Shown here piece by piece: positions 1 to 10,435 of a stretch of 64,000 nucleotides of DNA (its first letter is position 1; each line of letters starts with the position of its first letter). The stretch is taken from IMG/VR virus record IMGVR_UViG_2859564202_000001; one strand, written 5' to 3'. Source of the stretch: a virus (Duplodnaviria; Caudoviricetes). Below the pieces are notes generated by a model that worked only from the letters and a program-made list of their open reading frames with translations, had not been told where the DNA came from and did not search any database. Made by a program: the position numbers and the translations under genes.

Positions 1-2
1 TT

Positions 3-2105
3 CAACGCCGCTTCAATGACGCTGACCCAGCGGTGACCCATCCGCATCTCACAGTGATCTACCCACCGCTCACCCCTGCATCCGCAGAGAAATTCAACAA
101 GATCACCTCAGTCGCTGCTGTGAGCAAGCGCCCAACCACCCTGCCGTATTTCCGTGCAGATGGTTCACCTACTCGTGGCTTTGCTAACTTCTCCACAGGA
201 GGTATTCACGGTGCGGAATACAACGAAGATCGTTTTGACCATGATCAAGATCTACACACAGTGGCAACCCGTGAATTCTTCGCCATTCTTGATGCGACAT
301 TAGCGGCTCTCTACGCAGCCCACCAAGCCGAACCTGAATCGGCGGACTACCAGATTGCACAAGACGCACTCGCCTGGGCAAAGAATGTACTTAGCGATCA
401 AAAACTCATCGCTAAGTCGCCTCAGTTATACAACCCCGAAACCGGGGTCACCTATGAGTGGGAGTTTGTCGCTCAAGCAGCATGGTGGATTCGCAACAAA
501 CCGGTTGAGGTTATTTTACCAACAGGTGAATCAATGACCGTAAAACACAAATCTGTATTGGCATCTGCGTCCTACCCACTCCGAGACAACGTGGCGTACT
601 GGCGTAGCGAACCCAAAACACCACAGCTGTTTCCCGTAGCAAAATCTGGTGGTTCCTCGCTTGAGAAGAAGTACAACTACACCTCTGTGGGTACTGCTAT
701 TCACGAGGACTTTAGCAGTTACTATCCGCTCTTGCTCACCAATATGGCTGCATTTACCAATGCTGACTTAGGTATTGATGAGAAAACCGGGCGCCCTCGT
801 GACCGCTACCGTGAAATCTACGAACAAAAAGAGATCTATGGCGCACAGCGCAAAGACCCCTCCATTGATGAAGAAACAAAGCAACGTCTAGGGATTTTGC
901 GCGAAGGTACCAAGTTGATTCTTAACTCGGCCACCGGTGCTGCTGATGCTGGTCACGACACCCCGATCCTCATGAACAATCGCGTTATTGCCATGAGGAT
1001 TATTGGGCAGCTATTTTCTTGGAGAATTGGGCAAGCTCAATCACTGGCTGGTGCAACGATTATTTCCACTAACACTGATGGCCTGTATTCCGTACTCGAT
1101 ATGGGGACTAACCAGCGCGTTCTTGATGAACACGCTACAGCCATCGGTGTGCAAATTGAGCCTGAAGAACTGGATATTGTCTCCAAGGATTCCAACTCAC
1201 GTGCCGAATTTCTCGGCAATGGCTACATCAATGCGGCCGGTGACTTGGCGTGTTGGGATGGACCCAACTCTCGGAACTCACTAGATCACCCGGCCTTTGT
1301 TGACCATGTGCTGGTGAAGTATTTCCAGCTCGTCGTCAACAACACTGTGCCAGAGATTCCAGAAACACCTGAGCTTGAGGGTGTACCGCTGGCTCTTGAT
1401 CAACCCATGAACCGCCACGAAGTCTCGAAGATTGTCGCCACTATGCACAAGGAATTCGAGCCGAAAAAGCTGCTGTCGTTTTACCAAAACATTTTGGCCT
1501 CTTCACGCGGTTCTAATACCTTCCTATTCTCTGTCCCCTATATCCCTGCAACAGAAGGAGAAGAAACCCACCCTGCAACAGATACCAGCACTATTGCGAC
1601 ACCAACCTTGAGCTTTGATGCTTATGGTAATAAGGCCGAGGTCATGCCGACTCAATCCACTGTGGATAAGCGCGTGCCCTCTTTGCTGCAGTATTACACG
1701 CGTACATTCCATGTGCGACAAGATACGCAGCAGGCTGTCTTTGATGTTATTGGCGCCAACCCCGTGCTCATCGCCGCAGCAAAAGCTGCATCCATATCAC
1801 CGGCTTCTGCTGATTCACGTAGAAAGAAGGGCCTGGCCTCCACCAACGCTGACCCAGTAGCCAAGCATGTACTAGAAATTGCAGGAGCTGATGTGGAATC
1901 GCTGCGCCATGAAAAGGATCTCAAGGTCACCAAGCACACTGGCCAAGACCCAGCACTGCCTGTCGTGGTCTTTAACCAAACCATTTGGCATAACCCCAAC
2001 GACGATGTGATTAATGCATTACTGGGCGCTATTGACCAGGATGCCTACATTGACATGGCGATCTCGTCCTACAACAAGTCCTGGCACAACATTATCCCGG
2101 CTTAA
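3..2105 (+). CDS. Family-B-like DNA polymerase, C-terminal part (5' end outside window)
   Basis: Motif A HEDFSSYYP (DxxSxYP), motif B KLILNSATG (KxxxNS), motif C STNTDG, upstream TGGIHG. Frame is open to the window edge. Confidence 0.8.
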   Translation, partial: QRRFNDADPAVTHPHLTVIYPPLTPASAEKFNKITSVAAVSKRPTTLPYFRADGSPTRGFANFSTGGIHGAEYNEDRFDHDQDLHTVATREFFAILDATLAALYAAHQAEPESADYQIAQDALAWAKNVLSDQKLIAKSPQLYNPETGVTYEWEFVAQAAWWIRNKPVEVILPTGESMTVKHKSVLASASYPLRDNVAYWRSEPKTPQLFPVAKSGGSSLEKKYNYTSVGTAIHEDFSSYYPLLLTNMAAFTNADLGIDEKTGRPRDRYREIYEQKEIYGAQRKDPSIDEETKQRLGILREGTKLILNSATGAADAGHDTPILMNNRVIAMRIIGQLFSWRIGQAQSLAGATIISTNTDGLYSVLDMGTNQRVLDEHATAIGVQIEPEELDIVSKDSNSRAEFLGNGYINAAGDLACWDGPNSRNSLDHPAFVDHVLVKYFQLVVNNTVPEIPETPELEGVPLALDQPMNRHEVSKIVATMHKEFEPKKLLSFYQNILASSRGSNTFLFSVPYIPATEGEETHPATDTSTIATPTLSFDAYGNKAEVMPTQSTVDKRVPSLLQYYTRTFHVRQDTQQAVFDVIGANPVLIAAAKAASISPASADSRRKKGLASTNADPVAKHVLEIAGADVESLRHEKDLKVTKHTGQDPALPVVVFNQTIWHNPNDDVINALLGAIDQDAYIDMAISSYNKSWHNIIPA

Positions 2106-2199
2106 CTACCGCTGGGTAGACCCCTTGATGACCTAAAAGACCTGGTAAAGCTGGTAAAATTCAGTACTACCAACGCTTTTACATCAAGGGGTTTTTGTC

Positions 2200-2649
2200 A
2201 TGTCTACCACCACGTCCACCACCACAAAACACGCACCTGTTCGACCTTTAGAGACAGTCATCGAACAAGCCTTACAGGATGCTTGTGCAGTACACAACAT
2301 CATGTACTTAAAGTTCACCTCAAGTGTCACCGGCGTGCCTGATCGCATCCTGCAGGGTATTAACGCAGCAGGACAACCATTAACCGTCTATGTGGAACTC
2401 AAGCGTCCAGGAACACACCCGCGTACTCGCCAAAAGGAGGTCATGAACAGACTTATAAATCATGGCGCATTAGTGTTCGTCGTCGATGCGAGAGACATCG
2501 ACGTAACTCATTTCCGACACAACTATCACACTGTGGAATCACTCTTAGAGCTCACGTTTCTCAGCACTAAGATACCTGTTCCCGAGCGCTTTGACCTGTT
2601 TAATTCAAACACAAAAGCGAACACATATAGCGCTGTTCCAGCACTATAA
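2200..2649 (+). CDS. VRR-NUC domain nuclease
   Basis: GVPDRI...VYVELKRPG...RQ PD-(D/E)xK pattern; lies between polymerase and SNF2 helicase as is usual in phages. Confidence 0.8.
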   Translation: MSTTTSTTTKHAPVRPLETVIEQALQDACAVHNIMYLKFTSSVTGVPDRILQGINAAGQPLTVYVELKRPGTHPRTRQKEVMNRLINHGALVFVVDARDIDVTHFRHNYHTVESLLELTFLSTKIPVPERFDLFNSNTKANTYSAVPAL

Positions 2650-2885
2650 ATTGACATTTTTTACACAGATTTTTACATCAACAACCACCTACGAGCAGGT
2701 TTAATAGCCTCTCATGGGTGGTTGTCTTAATTAAGGGTGTTGCGTGAAACACGCAACCGGAGAGGAGGGTGAAGTGTGGGGTTCCTTGCGGGCGTATGTC
2801 CGGGGTGCTTGCTATGCTTCAAACGATTTCATTCAAGAAACTTAATTTATTAACAACTCTTAAAAGAAAAGGAGAGCTGGTCATC

Positions 2886-3305
2886 ATGATCACTCGTCAC
2901 GATGTTCCCTACATCATCGCTCCGCCTGTCTACGCGATCTTTGCGAGCCTGATGACCACGCCACCATGGTTTTATCGAACCACCTACACCATTGACGGTT
3001 TCGATTTTAAGATCAGCTGGGTCTACACCATCACCATCTACATCAGCCTCATGATCCTCATTATCGGGTTCTACCAAGCCAATATGCGCAAAGCGTGCCC
3101 TTATGAGGAAGATCCTTTGGTCGATATTTGGCACAAGGTGTGGAGCACTGCACTCTTTATCCTACCTATCGTTTTATCCATCGCGGTGTACTCACTGATC
3201 ACACAGCGCGGGTTTGACTGGTATGTCATGGTGTTTATTCTCCCTGTAGGCTTGATGATCGCTTATGGATTCTTCAAGCCCTGTGATTGCGACAAACACC
3301 GTTAA
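2886..3305 (+). CDS. Small multi-pass membrane protein
   Basis: About 4 hydrophobic segments; AGGAGAG RBS before ATG 2886. Confidence 0.7.
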   Translation: MITRHDVPYIIAPPVYAIFASLMTTPPWFYRTTYTIDGFDFKISWVYTITIYISLMILIIGFYQANMRKACPYEEDPLVDIWHKVWSTALFILPIVLSIAVYSLITQRGFDWYVMVFILPVGLMIAYGFFKPCDCDKHR

Positions 3306-3376
3306 GGTATACTTGTCCAAGACTTTCCCCACCGGCAGCCCAATAAGGGCTGCGCCTAACTTAAAACACGACACAT

Positions 3377-3417
3377 AGAACCCCTCCCCGGCCACACGCC
3401 CCAGAGGGGTTCTTTTT
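3377..3417 (+). terminator. Rho-independent terminator
   Basis: AGAACCCCTC...GAGGGGTTCT followed by a T run. Confidence 0.65.
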
Positions 3418-3482
3418 CATCCTTTTTAAAATATACTTATATGTATTAATCCCCTCTTTGTGCAGCATAGGAGACTACTGCT

Positions 3483-5324
3483 ATGACCTCAACAACCCAA
3501 CCTGGCACAACACCTGAGCTCAGCGCAGACACTCATTCTGAGCCCTGGGATGTCGTCATCGAAAACACCCTTGAACCTTTTCAAAAAGTCGTTCGTCAAT
3601 TTATTATTGACCGCCCCTATTCCGGCATTTTCCTCACCATGGGTGGCGGCAAAACACTCACTACCCTCTCCGCATTGACCTATATCCAGCCACCTGGACA
3701 CATTCTGGTTGTCGCGCCTCTAAATATCTCTCGACTCACCTGGCCCGAAGAGGTTCGCAAGTGGAATATCCCTGTTAACGCAATCTCGCTGATCACCAAT
3801 GAGCGCGGCACCAAACTCACCCGCGCCAAACGCCTCAAACTCTATGAGGAAACAGCGACCACACCACCAACGCTGTATTACATCACCATTAATCTGCTCG
3901 AAGATATTGTCAATTACTTTGGTGATAGGTGGCCGTTTTGGACAGTCATTATTGATGAGTCACAGACAATCTCTGATATATCCTCCAAGCGCACTAGAGC
4001 GCTCTTTTCTGTGCGACCCTATATCGGCAGACTAATTCTGCTCACCGGAACCCCCAGCGCCAACAAGTTCGACTCCATTTACGCCCAAGTCGCAGTGCTA
4101 GATTATGGTGCCAGCCTGGGTGACAACATCGACGTATTCCGAGCCAGATGGTGTGCGCCCGACATTATTACCGATAAACAAGTGCGTCGCTGGAAGCCGG
4201 CTAACAAGCAGGCTGAAGCAGAGGTGTACCGCACTATTAGCCACCTGGTCATGTCTGCCGTCAACACGGATATTAAGCTGCCACCGCTGCATTTTGTTGA
4301 TCACGAGGTACACATGAGCGACGATGAGCACCGCGACTACGAGCTCTTCAAAAAGGACGCGGTGCTTGCTGCATTGCTCGATATGGCTGAAGAGAATGAG
4401 GGTGGCGAAGGCGCTGATGACACTGACGCTGCTGATTCAGCGACAACGACCCCACCTGCGTCATCACAGCCAACAAACCCTGCCATCCCCGCTGGACTGC
4501 TTCAGGCAATACAACAAACCCAGGACACCAATGGTCGCGCCATCGCGCCTGTGACCACAGCTGAACTTGATCATTTTGATGATCTGCCAGTACAGCGCCA
4601 AGAAGATCTTGGCACCTTAGTTGTTATCTCTGCTGTTCACGCAGCGACTCTGCGCATGAAACTGCTGCAATACGCAGGTGGTGCTGTCTATGTCGATCCA
4701 GAAGATTCTGCGCAGTCCCAAGACCTGGATGCCAGCACTGCACGTGATGTTATCGACGCTACCAACACCGCCATGACCACTATTACCTCTCGCCCCACCA
4801 TGATTGTGCACCTGCACAAGGTGCGAAAAGTCATTGAGATTTTATGCAACCCTGCACTCGGCGGTGAACCTGTCAATATCGACCAGGACGAGACCGGAAA
4901 ACAGGTGTACACACCCACCCCAACGCTTGTCGCCTATCGCTTTATCTCTGACAAAGAAATCCTGCTTCATTACCTGGCGCAGGCGGGTGTGCAGGGTGTG
5001 GAGGTTTTTGACGGGTCGCCTGACATGCTGAGCCGTTGGAATGCGGGACGCATTCCGGTCTTACTTTTGCAGCCTGCGTCTGCTGGTCACGGCTTGAATT
5101 TCCAGCACGGCGGGCATCGCTTGGTGTGGTACAACCTGCCCGATAATAACGAGCATTATATGCAAGCGAATGCTCGTCTACATCGCATTGGTCAAAAGAA
5201 TCCCGTGACCATTCACCGCATTATTACCGCTGATACTTATGATGCGAATATGCCGGCGATTCTGGCCGGTAAAGCAAATAGACAGCAACGTCTCATCGAC
5301 GCCGTGCGCCGTGATCCAGTCTAA
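3483..5324 (+). CDS. SNF2-family helicase
   Basis: TMGGGKT Walker A, IIDESQ, LLTGTP, SAGHGLNFQ, QANARLHRIGQ motifs. Confidence 0.9.
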   Translation: MTSTTQPGTTPELSADTHSEPWDVVIENTLEPFQKVVRQFIIDRPYSGIFLTMGGGKTLTTLSALTYIQPPGHILVVAPLNISRLTWPEEVRKWNIPVNAISLITNERGTKLTRAKRLKLYEETATTPPTLYYITINLLEDIVNYFGDRWPFWTVIIDESQTISDISSKRTRALFSVRPYIGRLILLTGTPSANKFDSIYAQVAVLDYGASLGDNIDVFRARWCAPDIITDKQVRRWKPANKQAEAEVYRTISHLVMSAVNTDIKLPPLHFVDHEVHMSDDEHRDYELFKKDAVLAALLDMAEENEGGEGADDTDAADSATTTPPASSQPTNPAIPAGLLQAIQQTQDTNGRAIAPVTTAELDHFDDLPVQRQEDLGTLVVISAVHAATLRMKLLQYAGGAVYVDPEDSAQSQDLDASTARDVIDATNTAMTTITSRPTMIVHLHKVRKVIEILCNPALGGEPVNIDQDETGKQVYTPTPTLVAYRFISDKEILLHYLAQAGVQGVEVFDGSPDMLSRWNAGRIPVLLLQPASAGHGLNFQHGGHRLVWYNLPDNNEHYMQANARLHRIGQKNPVTIHRIITADTYDANMPAILAGKANRQQRLIDAVRRDPV

Positions 5325-5447
5325 GACCGGCACGATCGCACCGTTATAGCTAATCAGCACCACCTACAACACCACAAACACACCCCAATCAGCATGATCG
5401 TGCCGGTTGGGGTGTGTCTTATCCCCTAAGAAAGTGACACCTTTACC

Positions 5448-5825
5448 ATGTCAGACCACGACGCCCCACAAACACCGATCCCCAAGGGGTTTTGGCAGCA
5501 GATCGACCACCAACTCGATCGCCTCGGCACGCAGCGCCCAGAGACCTTCGCAGCACTGCGTGACATTTTGCTTGATCCTGCCTACACCGCCATTGTTCAT
5601 GACCGTAATCGCTACGGCGTTGTCACCTTTGACACCAACTCAGCCTTCTTCTCAGGCTCTGGCGGAGACAACGGCTTAGCCGACGTACTCATTAACTGTG
5701 ATTGGCGCATGACTGACTACCGCGCCGAGTACTACTACGTCATGACACATAAATACACCAAGGAATCGTTTACCTATATCGAGGGCGACGTGAAACGCGG
5801 CGACCTCATCCCGCCTAATAATTAA
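5448..5825 (+). CDS. Hypothetical protein
   Basis: 125-aa ORF in operon-like context. Confidence 0.65.
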   Translation: MSDHDAPQTPIPKGFWQQIDHQLDRLGTQRPETFAALRDILLDPAYTAIVHDRNRYGVVTFDTNSAFFSGSGGDNGLADVLINCDWRMTDYRAEYYYVMTHKYTKESFTYIEGDVKRGDLIPPNN

Positions 5826-5836
5826 GGACAACCGCC

Positions 5837-6175
5837 ATGACTCAGATCGCCATGTATCTCGCAGGACCCATGACAGGTATCCCTGAATACAACTACCCCA
5901 CCTTCCATGCAGCGGCTAATAAGTTCCGTGCAGCTGGCTACACCGTACTCTCCCCCGCTGAAGACGAATATGAATCCCAGCTCACTGCACCATTGCCTGA
6001 GAACGCTGAGCACAAATACGACCACTACTTGCGTCTCGGTATCGAAAAGCTGCTCAAGGCTGATGCTGTCCACATGCTTCAGGGATGGCAGAGTAGCGCC
6101 GGTGCCACTCTTGAGCACGATATTGCACAGAAATTGAGGCTTGCCATTACCTATGAAGAACCACCAGCATCCTAA
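5837..6175 (+). CDS. DUF4406 / nucleoside 2-deoxyribosyltransferase-like protein
   Basis: YLAGPMTG..YN...F and DAVHMLQGWQSSAGATLE signature; AAGGA RBS. Confidence 0.75.
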   Translation: MTQIAMYLAGPMTGIPEYNYPTFHAAANKFRAAGYTVLSPAEDEYESQLTAPLPENAEHKYDHYLRLGIEKLLKADAVHMLQGWQSSAGATLEHDIAQKLRLAITYEEPPAS

Positions 6176-6294
6176 GGCGCCTCCGGCATAGCGTAAACCC
6201 CCACTGAGCAACAATCTCAGCGGGGGCGATCATGAATTAATGTGCTGTCTCGATATTTACCTCTAGTGCCGTTCAACAATTCTCCACAGGGCTC

Positions 6295-6645
6295 TTATTC
6301 GAAAGGAATGCCTTCTTTTTCGCAGTACTCTTTGTACGCGTCGATGATTTCCTGTGGCACGATACCACGTTGACCAACGGCCATGTCATTGTCAATAGCC
6401 CACAAACGCGCCTTACGGTGCAGCTCTGCATCTACAGATCCACGACGGATCTGGCGTGCAGATTCCTCACGACCAATCTTGATGACTTCTTTGAGCGTGA
6501 TCATATCGAGCTCAGTATCAATGTCGTCACCATTAAGGTCCACTACATACTGTTTACCCTCGTAGACCACGCCTACAGAGACGACATTGGTGATGCGCTC
6601 ATGTGAGACATCAGATGTGTATTCGACCGACTGAATAATGGCCAT
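6295..6645 (-). CDS. cgpS: Lsr2-like xenogeneic silencer CgpS (start may be 6651)
   Basis: Lsr2-type N-terminal YVVDL segment; C-terminal RLWAIDNDMAVGQRGIVPQEIIDAY with the RGI AT-hook-like motif. Confidence 0.9.
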   Translation of the reverse strand: MAIIQSVEYTSDVSHERITNVVSVGVVYEGKQYVVDLNGDDIDTELDMITLKEVIKIGREESARQIRRGSVDAELHRKARLWAIDNDMAVGQRGIVPQEIIDAYKEYCEKEGIPFE

Positions 6646-6659
6646 GTCCATAGTCCTAA

Positions 6660-7279
6660 CCAATCATGTAATAAATGTAATAACTTAGTGTCACATAATA
6701 CTACATAATTTATTGTGTTTAGGTTATGTCAAAGTTATTGACATACTTTCTTAAAGCTCGTGATTGAACATCTAGCTAGATAAAAAACTTCTTTCATCAA
6801 GCCTTTTCTTCACTAGTTGCTCTTATTCTCCATTAAATCACTAAATTACCTAATAATGCAATCTAATCGACTCTTATTGGTCAATTAAGTGTCAATTAAA
6901 GGAATTTTCTTAGGCTTAATGAAAAGTACTGTCGCATATCTACTTTTAACTACGACACCAATACCTACAGCGAAACTGTTTAATAACCTAAATAACGACA
7001 CCACTTCGACAAAAACAATAATAAAGTCATGTCATTTTTTAGTCGCAGCGTGCGCACACCATAGTGGGACCTGGTAGGGCTCCCACGTCTACGCTCAAAC
7101 GCGCGCAAGTACGCTCACGCACACTGTAGCTACACAGACGACCAGTTAAAGCACAGTCAATCCGCGGATACCACCAGCATAGGCACACGCCGGCAGTGAT
7201 GCACCGCACTTGAGAAAAATAAATCATCTCAAGAAACAAACTAATACGTTATTATTGTAATTTAATTAGAGAAAAGAAA
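6660..7279. promoter_or_regulatory. AT-rich divergent promoter region (likely CgpS-bound)
   Basis: Very AT-rich 6660-7040 between divergent genes; TAGTAT -10 on - strand at 6703-6698. Confidence 0.55.
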
Positions 7280-7900
7280 GTGACTTTTAAAGTGCTTATT
7301 CGCATCGCCGAGCATCAAGGCCGGCTCCATGTCCATAGCCCCTACTCAAAGGCTTTTGCCGCCCGCGCTCGAAAGCTCAACGGTCTCTGGTCACCCGAAA
7401 CGAAGACCTGGCATTTCAGCCCCGATAAAGAACAACCGGTGAGACGCGCACTCAAGGATGTCTACGGCTGGGATGAATTCACCACACCCGAGCTATGCAC
7501 GGTGCAGCTCACTGTGACCCCAGAGGCAGTGCTCAACAAACACACACTCACCATCGCTGGTGTTACACTTCTGAGCCGTTTACGCAGAAATTACTCGGTG
7601 TGGTTGGGTGATAATGTCCGCATCATCAGTGGCAATTTCCCAGAAGCAGCAGGATCACCCCAGTACCCCCTCATCATGGGTGTGAAGGCTCAACCCGTTG
7701 TTATCCATGTGCAGGAATTCCCTGTAGATGCTGTTTCGACTATTCCCCCGCGATTTAATCCTATTGTTATCACTGCACCGCCGAGCATTGATATTGCTGC
7801 TCTTCGAGCTGAACGCGAACAGCTCACCCGACGCATCAGCGAAATTGACAAGAAAATCGCACGTGCTGTGCATCCAACCATTCAGACTGAGGCTGCCTAA
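7280..7900 (+). CDS. Hypothetical protein
   Basis: 206-aa ORF, first of a tightly packed operon. Confidence 0.7.
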   Translation: MTFKVLIRIAEHQGRLHVHSPYSKAFAARARKLNGLWSPETKTWHFSPDKEQPVRRALKDVYGWDEFTTPELCTVQLTVTPEAVLNKHTLTIAGVTLLSRLRRNYSVWLGDNVRIISGNFPEAAGSPQYPLIMGVKAQPVVIHVQEFPVDAVSTIPPRFNPIVITAPPSIDIAALRAEREQLTRRISEIDKKIARAVHPTIQTEAA

Positions 7901-7902
7901 TA

Positions 7903-8442
7903 ATGATGCAGACTCTCAAGCGGAAAATTCCGCTCATCTCATGCAATGACCTCAAAGAAGTGCAGTTACTTTTTCTTAAAGGTCAGATGCACACAGTCGG
8001 CTACAAGCTAGATACCGATCTTCGCAAGCTCACTAATACCGATGTGCTTGATCTTATTAACGCGCTCTTCGGCACCACTGTGACCAGCGCAGATGACGAA
8101 GCAGCAGATTTCATTGACTCTGATCCTCAGTTTGCAGTGCTCGTTGAGCTGGCCTACCACGACTGTGCACGCCGCGCTGCCATGGGTCTATCCAGGGTAC
8201 AGCAGCTCATCTATGACAATGCGGCTAAATCAACCTACTACCGCAGCGTCGCAGCTAGACATCGCAAACACATCCGTGAACTCCACGAGCAAACACAGCG
8301 AGATGGTATTCACTTCGACAACCCGTTGTCTCGTGCAGTCATCAACGATCTCAGCATGTCCATGAACCGTGCTCGACTAAACCGCATCGCTTCATGGAAA
8401 TCAGCCGGCGTACAGCGCTATCTCAACCCCACTATCTCTTAG
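7903..8442 (+). CDS. Hypothetical protein
   Basis: Starts 2 nt after the upstream stop. Confidence 0.7.
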   Translation: MMQTLKRKIPLISCNDLKEVQLLFLKGQMHTVGYKLDTDLRKLTNTDVLDLINALFGTTVTSADDEAADFIDSDPQFAVLVELAYHDCARRAAMGLSRVQQLIYDNAAKSTYYRSVAARHRKHIRELHEQTQRDGIHFDNPLSRAVINDLSMSMNRARLNRIASWKSAGVQRYLNPTIS

Positions 8443-8473
8443 AACCACACACAACCAAGAAAGCAGTCACTAC

Positions 8474-9004
8474 ATGACCACCTCATCACCCCTTAAGTCC
8501 AAAAATTCCCTTAACGGCGCGCAGACCACATTTGTCCGCAATTGTGTTGCAGACGGCCCAACCGAGGTAAAAGCCACCATTGATGCACGTGGCGGTATCG
8601 AACAGCTCCGTGACAATGAGATTTCACAGCTCCCCGACAAGCTGTGGTTCAATAGCGCAACCTCCGCATCCAATGACGAGTTCACCACCGATAACATCCG
8701 ACTTGGGTTGCTCTACAACATGGCACTGAATAAGGCATCGGCTCATCGCTATGAGCTTGCTGCCCGCTGGTACGCCATTGTTAGCCCTCAGCCATCGCAA
8801 GAAGCTAGCCACAAGCGCATCGCGTCCTGGCACCTTACCCAGCTGCACGCACTGGTGACCCTATCTCGCACCCTAGGGGTCATCATTCCTGGTGATGAGA
8901 TCGACGCTCTAGCGCAGTCTATGGAGAATGCTCGTCAAGTTGGCACCGAGAATTGGTCCACTGTCACCATGCGCACCTACGTGACCAACCGCAAGGCATC
9001 CTAA
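8474..9004 (+). CDS. Hypothetical protein
   Basis: Stop overlaps the next start (TAATG). Confidence 0.7.
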   Translation: MTTSSPLKSKNSLNGAQTTFVRNCVADGPTEVKATIDARGGIEQLRDNEISQLPDKLWFNSATSASNDEFTTDNIRLGLLYNMALNKASAHRYELAARWYAIVSPQPSQEASHKRIASWHLTQLHALVTLSRTLGVIIPGDEIDALAQSMENARQVGTENWSTVTMRTYVTNRKAS

Positions 9005-9753
9005 TGACTCGCGATATTTTCCACGAGGCTGCAAAACTCATCGCACACCTGGGGTGGAGGGACGCTTTTCCAGCACTACAGCGCACTGACCCAGCGCCAA
9101 CACATGCTGTGCCGATCAGGGCCTTTGATCTCAAGGCGGGCGCCGTCATCACCGATGAAAATCGAAGCAATGCTTATATCTATGACACCCTTGTCATCAC
9201 GCAGCCATATAAGCACGAGTTACCTCATCAAAACACCCACCCTTTTGAGTGGGCCCTGGAACAAATTGCCACGCTTGATCCGGCGTTCTCGATCAAGCTC
9301 GATCGCTCAGTGACCGTCCCTGAAATTGGACTCTACGCCCGCACACTGCATGACCTTAATACTCGGCATCAAGACTTCTTGGCACAGCGCAACGCCATGT
9401 TGCTTGTTGTTGCCCGTCGTGGTGTTGATCCAAAAAATATCGCAGACGTACTTGGTTTAACCACCAATCAGATACATCGGATTCTCAGTGCTACTCCGGC
9501 TGATTCCCCTACTGATTTAGGCGTTAACCCCGCCACAACAATGGGTGATGTAGTGAGGTTTATCAAGAAACGTCGCACCACTATGCAACTACGCGGCACC
9601 GCTGTCCGTGCACTGCTCTATCACGGCCTTACGCCGGCAGTCATCTCCCGACTAAGCGGCATGTCGCGTGCGGGTGTCATCAACGCAGCCAAGGCATTCC
9701 CCACCACCATCAACCACAAGGTCAAGAAAAGAAAGCAGCACTTCCATGTCTAA
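9004..9753 (+). CDS. Protein with two HTH-like repeats
   Basis: RGVDPKNIADVLGLTTNQIHRIL and HGLTPAVISRLSGMSRAGV; ATG coupled at 9004. Confidence 0.65.
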   Translation: MTRDIFHEAAKLIAHLGWRDAFPALQRTDPAPTHAVPIRAFDLKAGAVITDENRSNAYIYDTLVITQPYKHELPHQNTHPFEWALEQIATLDPAFSIKLDRSVTVPEIGLYARTLHDLNTRHQDFLAQRNAMLLVVARRGVDPKNIADVLGLTTNQIHRILSATPADSPTDLGVNPATTMGDVVRFIKKRRTTMQLRGTAVRALLYHGLTPAVISRLSGMSRAGVINAAKAFPTTINHKVKKRKQHFHV

Positions 9754-9934
9754 TCTCGGCACATACTATGCAGCACGACGTGCAGTTATTGGGCAATTGC
9801 TCAATGAAGGTCTTGATGCTGAGCAGATCGCAACACGATTGCAACTCAGCCCGGATCTCATTAACGCAGATTTTGAGGCTCTAGAAAAAGAGAAAGGTGA
9901 GGCCCAGAAAAAGTCTCAACAGCCTGGTTTCTGA
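9746..9934 (+). CDS. Small HTH protein
   Basis: LLNEGLDAEQIATRLQLSPDLI; ATG 9746 overlaps the upstream gene end. Confidence 0.6.
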   Translation: MSNLGTYYAARRAVIGQLLNEGLDAEQIATRLQLSPDLINADFEALEKEKGEAQKKSQQPGF

Positions 9935-10038
9935 TCCCTCTAAACAAAACCACCAATTCGCACGCCACAACAGCCCAGCAGCATCATGTTGCTGGGCTGT
10001 TGTGCATTTCTACACACGCTTTGAAAGGAGAACCAACT

Positions 10039-10374
10039 ATGACCACCCAACCACTTGTCATACTCTTCACCCTCCACGCCAATCCCTCCCATGACCACAA
10101 AGAACGCGCCACCACTATTACTGGCTCGCTGAGCTCCATCCGTCGCTGGTTGGTTTCGCAGGCAGATCTCTACGGCTGGAATCTCGGTAATTTCTCTGCT
10201 TGGAGTCTTGATCGACGCGATCATGACCCTGGTGAAATCATCCCTGAGCTCAATCAAAATACCCTGCTCGCCTGTGCATCCCTGGTCTGGGATATTCCAC
10301 CAGCTCATATTGCACTGCAGGCTGTAATACCCAAGCCAGAAAATATCCCTCTGATGAGAGCAGCGACGCTCTAA
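10039..10374 (+). CDS. Hypothetical protein
   Basis: Strong AAAGGAG RBS before ATG 10039. Confidence 0.65.
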   Translation: MTTQPLVILFTLHANPSHDHKERATTITGSLSSIRRWLVSQADLYGWNLGNFSAWSLDRRDHDPGEIIPELNQNTLLACASLVWDIPPAHIALQAVIPKPENIPLMRAATL

Positions 10375-10378
10375 GCAC

Positions 10379-10418
10379 AAAAAACAGCCATCAACATAAC
10401 GTTAATGGCTGTTTTTTT
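10379..10418. terminator. Bidirectional terminator
   Basis: AAAAAACAGCCAT...ATGGCTGTTTTTTT between convergent genes. Confidence 0.8.
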
Positions 10419-10435
10419 AACCCTCTACCACTACA

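Noticed and set aside
4380-4800. Possible intein in the SNF2 helicase insertion
   Set aside because: Low-complexity sequence with no intein block A/B or HN terminus.
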